Source: Pecten maximus (lineage: Eukaryota). From it: 64,000 nucleotides of DNA. Positions 48,088-60,200 of the stretch are shown piece by piece. The position numbers were made by a program, and so were the translations under genes. The number at the start of each line of letters is the position of its first letter. The stretch's first letter is position 1. Under the pieces are notes generated by a model. It searched no databases. It was not told where the DNA came from and was given only the letters and a program-made list of their open reading frames with translations. The DNA lies in assembly GCF_902652985.1 (NCBI RefSeq), contig NC_047026.1, positions 8,060,001-8,124,000 of the forward strand, written 5' to 3'.

Positions 48088-48456
48088 TTAAAGTCAAATA
48101 TACAATAAAATATTCATTTATCACAGACATAGGAAATGGAATAAACCAGCACTTTATTATCTATCTACAACAGCAGTCGTATATAATATACAAATGATAG
48201 CACTGAACATAATGTACATATATTTAATTCTGGTTATGCTTCTGATATTATTTTATCGTAAAGTGACGTAACGATCGATCTACCTTCAGCAAAACCAGAC
48301 ATTGCTATATACAGTTTTGCAATCGACACTTTACACTGATTTGCACTATCAGATCAGGCAGAGCAGCATTTTAGGATCGTCGGTACCCACCGTTGATTAC
48401 CTTACGATACAAAACACTTATTCTGGAACATTTTCTTCAGGGCGGTAAAGTAAATA

Positions 48457-49177
48457 TGATAGAAGCCATATGACACAATCAATATCATATTTAAGAGTGT
48501 GACGTTTTGATGACTACACTGTCACCTTCATCAGACTGATGACCAATGAACGAACTAGCACTGTCTAATGTAGTGTCCGAGATAGTAAAAGATTCGGTCT
48601 ACCCTGAAGGATGTTTCGTCTTAATAATGATCTTATTGACACCAAATTCGAAAATAGTGTGACGAGGTGGTAAAAAGGAAATAGAATCAGACAAGTGTAC
48701 GAGATGGTATGATGTCGAATTGACTACGCTTTGTTTAACACTTGGTCATAGATGTGCGAGAGTGTGTCGCCCCCTCGCCCCTGTTTAGTACTGGACCGCT
48801 GCGGCGGATCCAGATGGCCTCCCTGATCAGCCGCCTTGACAGGTTGTTTTCCCTTTCAACAATTTTTGAATTCCTCAAGTCAATTAGGTGGTTTTTGTGC
48901 ATAGAATGGTCTGTAAGTGTAGATTTGTTGAGCTGGGACTGAGATCGTTTTCTTTCTAATCTGGTGAATTGTTTGTCTTTTGGGATTCCACGTCTTTCTA
49001 GTGTTAGTTAAGTTGGTCACCAAATCTTCTGCCCGTTTTGCCGATAGATGATGTGTCGTAGCTAGTTCTTGCATCCTGATTTGCACATTGGTCGTTAGTC
49101 TGATGAAGTTGACAGTGTAGTCATCGAAACGTCATACTCCTAAATATCATATTGGTTGTGTCATATAACTTCTATCA
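48457..49177 (-). mobile_element. 5'-truncated Penelope-like retroelement: decayed GIY-YIG endonuclease flanked by ~92-bp inverted pLTR copies
   Basis: Minus-strand translation across stops and frameshifts: CKN..SIGKTGRRFG..H.KDVE..FTRLERKRSQSQLNKSTLTDHSMHKNHLIDLRNSKIVERENNLSRRLIREAIWIRRSGPVLNRGEG..HIYDQVL; inverted repeats at 48457-48548 and 49086-49177. Confidence 0.88.
49095..49139 (+). ncRNA. Minimal type I hammerhead ribozyme motif (PLE-type)
   Basis: CTGATGA-agTTGAC-agtgta-GTCATc-GAAA-cGTC: conserved core, stem II, palindromic ACGT stem III and GUC cleavage triplet; stem I is weak. Confidence 0.65.
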
Positions 49178-49599
49178 CAGCTACACTACTCGTGATAAGT
49201 GTCGCCTTGTGCAGTCAACCGTGAGTATATCCGACGATGAATTTTAGAGAAGTCTGAATCCTGTTCGAGTACATATACATGTAGAGTCTCATTTAAACCA
49301 AGCACGGCGTACTTATGATATATAATTGAGAAACATATAGAGGTAGTGCAGTTTCTACAAAAAGCATGTAATGATTAAAAGAACACAGACTATTTAATAT
49401 ACATGTACTATATATAAAATCTTAAATATACAAAAACAATTGTTAGATGAAATCTCTGATGACTGCAAATTATAGCATTGTGTAATTTTTCTAGCCTCAC
49501 CGACTGTTGCATTTTATGAGAAAACAGTTATACATATTTGTCACAATCTTAAGCCTACAGAGACAATATTCCCGCATGCTACTGAAAATATATACACTG

Positions 49600-50106
49600 T
49601 ATTCTGTAACAGCCTCTAGTCCGTAGGAAAACCAAAACCAAATTCTGTAACAGCCTCTATTCCACAGAAAAATCAAATAATTTCTGCAACAAAATCTAGT
49701 TTGTAGGCAGAAAGACAATTATTTAACAGCCTCTAGTCCGCAGGAAAAAAATAAAACCAATTCTGTAACAACCTCTTGTCTATAGGGGAAAAATTCCAAT
49801 TCTGTAACAGCCTCTATTCCACAGAAAAAAATAAAACAATTTTCTGTAACAAAATCTAGTCTGTAGGCAGAAAGACAATTCTGTAACAGCCTCTTAACCG
49901 TAGGAATATAACAAAACCAATTCTGTAACATCCTCTAGTCCGTAGGAATAAAACAAAACCAATTATGTAACAGCCTCTAGTCCGTAGGGAAAATAAAACG
50001 ATTTCTGTAACAAATTCTAACCTGTAGGCAGAAAGACAATTATGTAATAGCCTCTAGTCCGTAGGAAAAATAAGACAATTTCTGTAACAAAATCTAGTCT
50101 GTAGAC
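49600..50106. repeat. Composite ~32-39-bp tandem repeat
   Basis: Recurrent AATTCTGTAACAGCCTCTAGTCCGTAGGAAAA and TTTCTGTAACAAAATCTAGTCTGTAGGCAGAAAGAC. Confidence 0.88.
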
Positions 50107-50286
50107 AGGAAGACCCGTAGACTAGTGTATGCTTAGGCACGACTCACATGATAAATAACATGTAATATCAGGCTGTGTATCTTCCAAAAATAGATTTTTA
50201 TGTGGCAAACAATGCCATAATAGTATTATACACGGAAAGGTGAAAATGAAAGGTAGAATAATACTGTATATAATTGTATAAAGGTA

Positions 50287-50412
50287 CATTTTGGTATCAC
50301 ATTTTGGTATCACATTTTGGTATAACATGTTGATATCACATTTTGGTATCACATTTTGATATCACATTTTGGTATCACATTTCGGTATCACATTTTGGTA
50401 TCTCATTTTGAT
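50287..50412. repeat. 13-bp tandem repeat CATTTTGGTATCA, ~9 copies
   Basis: Directly visible. Confidence 0.92.
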
Positions 50413-50693
50413 AATTATGAATCTTGTTATATTCTATTGATAAATATGTATTTATACTCTGTTAATTTCACTTTGGTTGATACTATAAAAAACATTCAAT
50501 GTATGAGAAAATCTATGTATACATCAAAGATAAAGTAAAATAGAAACGCATGATCCATTTCATGATCTTGTAGAAGATATAAAATGTCTGCTTCAAATAT
50601 TTTTTTACAAGACACTGAACATTTGATCAATTGAATAACTGAAGTATACAGTTATCGAATGTTGTATACATGATTAGCATACTTTAAAACCTA

Positions 50694-53600
50694 CTAAAAC
50701 GGTGGTTTATAGATAAAAGCAGATGGCACTTCTTCGCCTTGGGATGGTGGAGGGTAGGCACTTTTAACCACGCCTCCTGCTGGTGGAGGATAAACAGCGT
50801 CGTAGGCAGGGGGCGCACTTGGTGGTGGCATGTCATGCGGGGGTCCTGGCGGCGGCCCATGTGGAGGCTCTGGAGGAGGTGGTCCTATCTTTTTCTTTCG
50901 TGGAACAATGACTTTATCTGGTTTGCTTTTTGGCTCTGAAATAAATAGATTATTGATTACATATAAAGACCTTTTTCGATCAAGTCAAAACAACTCAAAC
51001 TTGGATAATTAAATCCCATGCTGCGCCTCTCCCAAGTGGAACCATCCTAGAATTTATCGCTCCTGATTATATTGACAATAGTTAAAGAGACAATTAAGTC
51101 AAGTTTGTTTATATTTTCTATCGTGTTAAAAGAGCTGTCTTGAAATTGTACATCTAGACTCAGTATGAACTATCCTCGACTGTATGTTGATTCAAGCTTA
51201 TGTTTCCATGCATTGTTTAATCAATTGTAAAAGGGTATTAATCGTATAGCCAACAGTTAAAATGTAAATGAGCAATCCGTCTCTGCACACTTCGACATGT
51301 AGCCGATAAATATTGACTGCGATTTTTTTTTGTCTAAAGAAATATTTTTTCGATTCTGCTTGAATTATAAAAAAAAACATGTTTGACTAAATTGTCCCTT
51401 TATGACCATCTGTTAAAGCATAAAATGTGGTAACACCAAACAGTCCTAAACAAAAGTTGATACAGAGAATCAGGTTAAATAGTTGTTATATTAATTGTAA
51501 TTGCATAAACTAATCACCATTGTCAATTACGTTGAATGTTCTATTTGAATTGCAAACGTGACATGCAAGGTAAGATTATTTGCTAAACAAATCTCGACAG
51601 AAAGTTTAAAGTTCTCCATACCTCGTTTTTTAATAACTACAGGCTGTTCAGAGATGACGACCCCAGGGGAGGTACGACGATTAGATGAGACGTATTTACA
51701 TCGAAGATAGACGACGAAAAAGATTAATGCAATCAAAATCAATCCTCCGATGACTCCTCCTACAATGGCGGCGGTCCTGTAGATGCAATGAGAAACAGAC
51801 ATTTATTGTATTATCAAAGTACAGGAAATAGCATCACATGGATAATACGGCGACGATCCTGTAAGGACGATGATAAACAGATACTGTGCTAGCAAAGTAT
51901 AAAAAAATGTCATCACATAGACAAAATGATGGCGATCCTGAAGGGGCAATAAGAAGTAGACATTGTGTTAGCAAAGCACAAAAAAATCCATCACATGGAT
52001 CAAATGGCTACGATCCTGTAGGGAAATCCCCATACAACAGATTCTGGGGTAGTGAATCTTTTAAACACATTATGGAGAAGCGAAGCTTTAAAACAGATTA
52101 TAGGGAAGTGAATCTTTAAATTAGATTTTGGGGTAGTGAATCCTTCAAACAGATTCTGGGGTAGTGAATCCTTAAAACAGATTCTTGGGTAGTGAGTCCT
52201 TAAAATAGATTATGGGGGAGTGAATCCTTAAAACAGATTCTAGGGTAGTGGAACGCCATAGCTGCCTTATGTGGTAACTTGTATTATATGATGTATTCGT
52301 TTCGTTATATGCAGTGATTATTTCATTATATGAAGTGATGGTTTCATTATATGAAGTGATGGTTTAATTACATGAAGTGATCGTTTCGTTATATGAAGTG
52401 ATGGTTTCATTATATGAAGTGATTATTTCATTATATGAAGTGATGGTTTCATTATATAAAGTGATGGGTTCATGATATGAAGGGATGGTTTCATTATATG
52501 AAGTGATTATTTCATTATATGAAGTGATTGCTTCATTATATGAAGTGATGGTTTCATTATATGAAGTGATTATTTCATTATATGGAGTGATTATTTCATT
52601 ATATGCAGTGATGGTTTCATTATATAAAGTGATCGTTTCATTATATGAAGTGATCGTTTCATTATATGAAGTGATCGTTTCATTATATGAAGTGATCATT
52701 TCATTATATGAAGTGATGGTTTCATTATATGAAGTGATTATTTCATTATATGAAGTGATCGTTTCATTATATGGAGTGGTCGTTTCGTTATGATGACCAA
52801 ATATCTTTATGACTACACTTTCAGATTTATAATACAGAAATAAAACCGGTAAAAATATCCGGACGCTTTTAATTCCGTTAATCTTTTTGTAAAGAATTGC
52901 ACACACATACCTTCTTTTTCTTTAAAACATACTTGGAAATAAAACCTTTTTTAATTGTAATTTTTGGACTTAATAAGTCCGTAAAGTGAATCTAAATGAA
53001 AAAATGTGCAAGAAATGTGAGCGTGTTAAGGGGGATAACCCGCAAAGATGCTTGAAACAGTGATGCTGTGGGTACACGTGTACGTGACCTATATTCCTCG
53101 TTGGTTCCCTAGGTAAGTGTCTTTTAAATACTGTTTTGTTAAGGTATTCCAGATATGATTGGGATATTTACACGCAATGTCAATTTTGTAATCATTTTGC
53201 ATAGTCAGAACACGTGTTAAGGTGAAATATATTGAGTTAAAGTTAAGCTAGATCGAGTGAGGAGCAAGGCGGCCTACCCGCGCTACCCGAGAGGTAAGTT
53301 GGGCCTAAGTTTCTAGTTTAACACTTTCCAAGAACACTTTATACTTTTATTTGCTAAAATAGTTGTTTACTAATGAAAATATGATGTTTTATGCAGTTTG
53401 GCATATTAATAGTGTATAAAACATAGAGGTAAATTTATGAATAAGATATATTAATAGTAACTGTGTACCCGTCATACTATGCGGCAAACCATATCGGCAT
53501 TAGTAAACAACTATTTTAGCAAATAAAAGTATAAAGTGTTCTTGGAAAGTGTTAAACTAGAAACTTAGGCCCAACTTACCTCTCGGGTAGCGCGGGTAGG

Positions 53601-56600
53601 CCGCCTTGCTCCTCACTCGATCTAGCTTAACTTTAACTCAATATATTTCACCTTAACACGTGTTCTGACTATGCAAAATGATTACAAAATTGTTATTGTA
53701 AATATCCCAATCATAGCTGGAATACCTTAACAAAACAGTCTTTAAATGACACTTACCTAGGGAACCAACAAGGAATATAGGTCACGTACACGTGTACCCA
53801 CAGCATCACTGTTTCAAGCATCTTTGCGAGTTATCCCCCTTAACACACTCACATTTCTTGCACATTTTTAGCTCACCTGGACCGAAGGTCCGGTGAGCTT
53901 ATGTCATGGCGCGGCGTCCGTCGTCCATCGTCCTTCCGTCGTCCGTCCGTCAACATTTGTTTCAAATCGCTACTAGTCAAAAAGGTCTTATTGGATTTTT
54001 ACCTAATTTGCTCAGAAACATCCTTAGTGGAAGGGGATCAGATTTTGCATAAATGGGGACTCTGACCCTCTAGGGGCCGGAGGGGCGGGCCCAATAGGGG
54101 AAATTGAGACAATTCCTATAAATCGATACTAGTCATAAAGTTATGAATGGATTTGAACCCAATTTGGTCAGAAGCATCCTTCGGGGAAGGGGAACAGATT
54201 TTGCATAAATGGTGGCTCTGACCCCGAGGTTCCAAAGGGGCGTGGCCCCCTAGGGGAAATAAACGTAATTCATCTAAATCTCTACTAGTCATAAAGTGAT
54301 GAATGTATGTTCTAAAAACAATTCTTGAGATCTTTCAGACCTTAGAGAGTCTGGACTTTATTATTTCTTTAAAGCAGTTGGGATCCCCACACTATAACTA
54401 TATATAGCATTGTTTGAGATTTACAAATAAAGCAAATTGAACATGAACATTATTTGACATTGGGTCAAATCCAACCAGGTGAGCGATACAGGCCCTATGG
54501 ACCTCTTGTTTCATTTAGATTCACTTAACGGACTTATTAAGTCCAAAAATTACAATTAAAAAAGGTTTAATTTCCATGTATTTTTTAAAGAAAAAGACGG
54601 TGTGTGTGTGTAATTATTTACAAAAAGATTTACGGAATTAAAAGCGTCCGGATATTTCTACCGGTTTTATTTCTGTATTATAAATTTAAAAGTGTAGTCA
54701 TAAAGATATTTGGTCATCATAACGAAACGACCACTCCATATAATGAAACGATCACTTCATATAATGAAACAATCACTTCATATAATGAAACGATCACTTC
54801 ATATAACGAAACGACCACTCCATATAATGAAACGATCACTTCATATAATGAAACGATCACTTCATATAACGAAACGACCACTCCATATAATGAAACAATC
54901 ACTTCATATAACGAAACGACCACTCCATATAATGAAACAATCACTTCATATAATGAAACAATCACTTCATATAATGAAACGATCACTTTATATAATGAAA
55001 CAATCACTTCATATAATGAAATAATCACTTCATATAATGAAACAATCACTTCATATAATGAAACGACCACTCCATATAATGAAACAATCACTTCATATAA
55101 TGAAACGATCACTTTATATAATGAAACCATCACTTCATATAATGAAACAATCACTTCATATAATGAAACAATCATTTCATATAATGAAATAATCACTTCA
55201 TATAATGAAACCATCACTTCATATAATGAAGCCATCACTTCATATAATGAAACAATCACTTCATATAATGAAAGAATCACTTTATATAATGAACCCATCA
55301 CTTCATATAATGAAATAATCACTTCATATAATGAAACAATCACTTCATATAATGAAACCATCACTTCATATAATGAAATAATCACTCCATATAATGAAAC
55401 AATCACTTCATATAATGAAACCATCACTTCATATAATGAAACCATCACTTCATATAATGAAACAATCACTTCATATAATGAAACCATCACTTCATATAAT
55501 GAAACCATCACTTCATATAATGAAATAATCACTTCATGTAATGAAACCATCACTTCATATAATGAAATAATCACTTCATATAATGAAACCATCACTTCAT
55601 ATAATGAAATAATCACTGCATATAATGAAGCGAATAATCATATAATACAAGTTACCACATAAGGCAGCTATGGCGTTCTAGTAGTGAATCTTTAAAACAT
55701 ATGTAGGGGTAGTAAATTGTCTACGATATGCAAACTTCTTGAACTAGGATGCTGGTTTCCAAGTAGACTGTCCATTTCTAGACAGTTACTTCTTTTAACT
55801 TTACTTCGGTTTTAATTTGCCTGGGAAAATACACAGATGATTTAGAGAAGAAAGAGTTTAAATTTCTCAGCTATCATATAATATATATTATCATATAATT
55901 AAAATATTATAATATTATATTACAATTTTGTTTATCCAATTCCTATATGAAATAGATATTGAATCATAAGACTGGTATCCTTTACATTTGTATCATTACT
56001 TACATTCCGGAATCACCGCTCGATCCGCCCCCAGTAGCTGAGTAGTAGGCTGTCTGGTAGTAGTAGTTATAGTATCGCGTGTAACTGCTATAACTCCGAT
56101 AACTTCTATAACTCCTATAACTTCTGTAACTATACCTCCCATAACTCAAATCTGAAATCAAACAGTAAGCAACATAGTATAGGGTCTGTAAGTCTCGTCT
56201 TGAGTGACGCTTATTTCCGGGTACCAAACACAGTTTATGTTAGTAGTCTCACAGAAGAAAAATTGTCGTTAACATATGAAAGTCAACGAAATACACATTT
56301 TCAAAATGAGTCTCGAATACTTTATCAACTGGCAATTTTGTGTTTTTGATACAGTTGCTATTTTTCAAATTATTGCGATTTTCAGTTTTCCCATGTTAAC
56401 GTTATGGCAAAGTACTCGGAAGTAGAATTATCTCGCAGAATCTTAAGACTTAAATGGCAAGACTTACAGACCCTATTCCTACATAACGTTTCTGTGTAAA
56501 AATCTCTGATAGTTAAATGCTGAAAGTTTTATAGATATTTTTATTTCAACAAAGAAGAAGTACAAAGTGAACAGGACCATGTGCTCCGAAAACGTAAGCG

Positions 56601-57853
56601 TCTTCCTCTTATTTGCCACTCGCCGTGCTGTATTTGTAAACATTTTAATCAAAGAAATAATGAAATTTGTTTGCATTAATAAATCTAAAGGTATCTTAAG
56701 GGATTTAGGCTTAACATCACATTATGGCAAGCTTTTAAGAAAAAAATAGGAATGCTTTAACAAAATATCTAATTAAATGTTTCTTTGATAGTTGTTTTAT
56801 AATTTGGCTCCTAATCATGATACAAATTTATTATCTGTATGTTAAATTCTTACACCATCCAGATTTGAAGTTCTCTGTTGAAATGTAACTATCCTGCTTA
56901 GCTAGTCTTTTAAGTCTATTAGAAGAGGTCAGTAAAGATTTGTAAGTACTGATCTAACATCATTATCGATTTTATATCAATCTTGTATTTTTTATTTAAA
57001 TAAGGACATTGGATAATTAAAACACACGAACTACGTATGGATAAGGGGAATTTATTTATATTAAGCCGATAGTACGTTGTGTTTATAAACAAATATCAGT
57101 ACTTTTTGTATTAATTAATTGTTTAAAGATTTTTTTCGGGAACTTGTTAAAGCAGATATTTTTTATCTTGAGAATGTGACCCAGATTGACATGGCGGGTG
57201 TCGGCGATGAGGACGCTCACTCCTCCTACACACCTGGCCGTTTTATTGTACTTTTTCGAAGATCTGCGAGAAAATCTATATTTTTTGTTACTTTTTTTTC
57301 TCGTTATGCCGATATAAAGTTGGAATTATGATTTCGTTTTTGGTGGTTTCTTACAGAATGAAATAACCAGATATCACACATACGGTATTGTCTCTTGTTA
57401 TGATGCATTTTACCAGCCGTGTGGGTACATACACTGATATAATACATGTACATTATTGAATTAATATGTCTATTTAAACTGGTAGTCTACTTAATAATTC
57501 TTCACTACTTCAACCTCAACCAATCATTCGTTAAAGGGAGCTGTACCGATATAACATGTGGAATATGTTTTCTCTAGAGTCGTAGTCTGCAAAACGTTGA
57601 ACGATTTATTTTTAAAATCATACCCTATACAATACACTTTATTGAAAGGCCAGGGAACTGCTCAATTTACTCCATATTGGTTAATACACAAATATACTGC
57701 ATTCACACACCTGGCCGTACCGGTCTCGCTCCAGTGAATAGCAGATAATTTCAACTTCATTAAAGATGAACAAAAGTATAATGGCATGTTTTACTTACCT
57801 ATGAATTGTAGAATACCAAGTAAAATTGTTAACACTGCTTTTCGTAGCCACAT
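50694..57853 (-). CDS. 199-aa type I single-pass membrane protein: signal peptide, Tyr/Ser/Arg-rich ectodomain, Pro-rich tail with PPxY (CYYR1/Shisa-like/WBP1-type architecture)
   Basis: Four GT-AG exons 57853-57799, 56151-56004, 51776-51622, 50935-50694 (55+148+155+242=600 nt, phases 1,2,1 consistent, TAG stop). Protein: MWLRKAVLTILLGILQFIDLSYGRYSYRSYRSYRSYRSYSSYTRYYNYYYQTAYYSATGGGSSGDSGMTAAIVGGVIGGLILIALIFFVVYLRCKYVSSNRRTSPGVVISEQPVVIKKREPKSKPDKVIVPRKKKIGPPPPEPPHGPPPGPPHDMPPPSAPPAYDAVYPPPAGGVVKSAYPPPSQGEEVPSAFIYKPPF. Confidence 0.85.
52035..52250. repeat. ~29-bp minisatellite AAACAGATTCTGGGGTAGTGAATCCTTA, interrupted by the foldback element and resuming at 55679-55715
   Basis: Directly visible on both sides of the insertion. 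Confidence 0.85.
52251..55678. mobile_element. Foldback-type DNA element: kb-long inverted arms with internal 21-bp tandem arrays and a ~120-bp spacer
   Basis: GAACGCCATAGCTGCCTTATGTGGTAACTTGTATTATATGA...TCATATAATACAAGTTACCACATAAGGCAGCTATGGCGTTC; arms 52251-53375 and 53498-55678; arrays at ~52300-52790 and ~54718-55630. Confidence 0.93.
53868..54510 (+). mobile_element. HINE (Helentron-associated element) nested in the right foldback arm
   Basis: TTAGCTCACCTG 5' end with a palindrome, CGTC microsatellite, two ~155-bp core repeats, AGGTGAGC subterminal inverted repeat, 3' hairpin AGGCCCTATGGACCT; inserted in a T-run and absent from the left arm. Confidence 0.9.
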
Positions 57854-58799
57854 GATAACAGTTTCTCCAGTCCCCTGATGGTTCAGGTAAAACACAAATC
57901 TGAAGTATAACTTACGGTTTTTTAGGGAGGCCTTAATTGGGGTTTAAATTTTGAAAATTTACCCAAACTCCGCCAACTTATTTAATGTGATGTCTATATG
58001 TCACTGTAGCAGGTAGGAGGAATTTTTCAGTGATAATTTGGGTAAATAACAACCCGGTGAACAGGTGTTTGAAGTTATAACAGTAGAAATTCCCCTAATT
58101 GGGCCTCCCGTTGTATCTATGTACACAAAACCATAACATAGGCTTGGTATGTGTGTACACTCGAGTGTTTTGTGAGACGTTTAATGGACATCGATAGAGG
58201 TTTTATAAACGTGTATAGAGGATTGCTAAATCAACTGCGCTTACAATTGTTAGTCTGAACAATAGCACGAGGTGTATTCCTGTGTGACCAATATGCCAAT
58301 GTGGGTTTTCCCCTCACGATAGAATAATGTCTATATTAAGAATTCTTTGATATTCACTTCAGAACATTTCAAGAGGACCAAACCATTTTTCTCTCTGTTT
58401 AAATCACTTCGCTAATATATATAGTATATTGATACTACAGTTCACTAAAGCTCAATTAAGGTCCGGGTATTGTAAATAAATGTTCTAAAGACTTGATTAT
58501 TGCACATTTAAATACCGGTTATTATCCGACCAAGGAAGAAAGCAATAAGCTATATCTGTTTTTCGTTCTAGAACTCGTCAGTGATTTCTGAATGTGAACA
58601 AAAGGACAGTCAGGAAATCAAAATGTGCATAATGCAATGAAATATGTCTAGAAGTCCAATTCTTATTAGGAATAAATGAAAAAAACTGAAAAAGAATGAC
58701 TTCATAGAAACAATGACAGGGCAATGAAATAGATCATGTTCAAACAGAAATACATGTAATGTTAAGAGAATATTAAAATAACCAAACAGTAGCTCTAAC

Positions 58800-60200
58800 T
58801 CAAAATCGATCTGGGCGAAATACAAACAAAGATTTGCATTAAGACCATTGAAAAAAAATACAAAGAAATAAGACCAGGCGTAACGGGGTGGTAAGCGTCT
58901 TCAGTTTATCGACAACACCCGCCCTACAAATCTAATTCTGATCCGGGGTAAGTTAGATATTCAAAAGGTAAACTAGGATGATAACTGAACTACAAGGCAT
59001 ATGAACAAAAAAAACCCCGAAAGATAATAATTATTTCCAAATAAGATCCTGCTGTCGACCATTAAACTTTCATATGGTCTTCATTAGCCTGTATGTCTCA
59101 ATAACTATTGTTGTTATATTTACCATTAGCAAACGAAATCTGACAGGAAAATTGTGATAATGGTAACAATAATTGAATATCGAGTCAACTCGGACATGCA
59201 GATACCGTAGGTAAGGGAAACAGGGATGTTGTTATCCAGAAATGGAAAATTGTGAATGGTGAATTAAACTCATTACGCTTATCATAGATCATAGTAGTAA
59301 ACTTATAGATCTTAGTAGTAATCTTATCATAGATCTTAGTAGTAAACTTATCATAGATCTTAGTAGTAAACTTATCATAGATCTTAGTAGTAAACTTATC
59401 ATAGATCTTAGTAGTGAACTTATCATAGATCTTAGTAGTAAACTTATCATAGATCTTAGTAGTGAACTTATCATAGATCTTAGTAGTGAACTTATCATAG
59501 ATCTTAGTAGTGAACTTATCATAGATCTTAGTAGTAAACTTATCATAGATCTTAGTAGTGAACTTATCATAGATCTTAGTAGTGAACTTATCATAGATCT
59601 TAGTAGTAAACATATCATAGATCTTAGTAGTGAACTTATCATAGATCTTAGTAGTGAACTTATCATAGATCTTAGTAGTGAACTTATCATAGATCTTAGT
59701 AGTGAACTTATCATAGATCTTAGTAGTAAACATATCATAGATCTTAGTAGTAAACTTATCATAGATCTTAGTAGTGAACTTATCATAGATCTTAGTAGTA
59801 AACATATCATAGATCTTAGTAGTGAACTTATCATAGATCTTAGTAGTGAACTTATCATAGATCTTAGTAGTGAACTTATCATAGATCTTAGTAGTGAACT
59901 TATCATAGATCTTAGTAGTGAACTTATCATAGATCTTAGTAGTAAACATATCATAGATCTTAGTAGTGAACTTATCATAGATCTTAGTAGTAAACATATC
60001 ATAGATCTTAGTAGTGAACTTATCATAGATCTTAGTAGTGAACGACCCTGCTGGTTATGTTATTAAAATTGGGGTAAGTGGCTGATGATGAAGAGCATGT
60101 AGTGTCCTTCATTTCAAGTTCTACCGGGTATATCTGATGAATACAGTCTTGGTTACTATTTTAAGATGCCACATCGTCTATGGGTGAACTCGGAGAACGT
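58800..60200 (-). mobile_element. Decayed 3' part of a retroelement reverse transcriptase (YIDD...YPxELE...YDKRxxF type, probably Penelope-like) with 3' UTR
   Basis: Minus-strand remnants IDDVAS*..IHQIYPVELEMKDTT..SATY, [FTTKIYDK]n RNEFN, NFPFLDNNIPVSLTYGICMSELTRYS, KFNGRQQDLI. Confidence 0.8.
59279..60043. repeat. 24-bp minisatellite TTATCATAGATCTTAGTAGT(G/A)AAC, ~32 copies
   Basis: Directly visible. Confidence 0.97.

Noticed and set aside
54604-55662. 352-aa (YNETITS)n ORF and its mirrors (52364-52906, 54717-55616) as a mucin-like glycoprotein
   Set aside because: Product of the 21-bp array inside the foldback arms; GTG start, mirrored in the other arm, no signal peptide.
59185-60026. 270-aa and 245-aa repeat ORFs as genes
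   Set aside because: A 24-bp minisatellite within a dead RT remnant.
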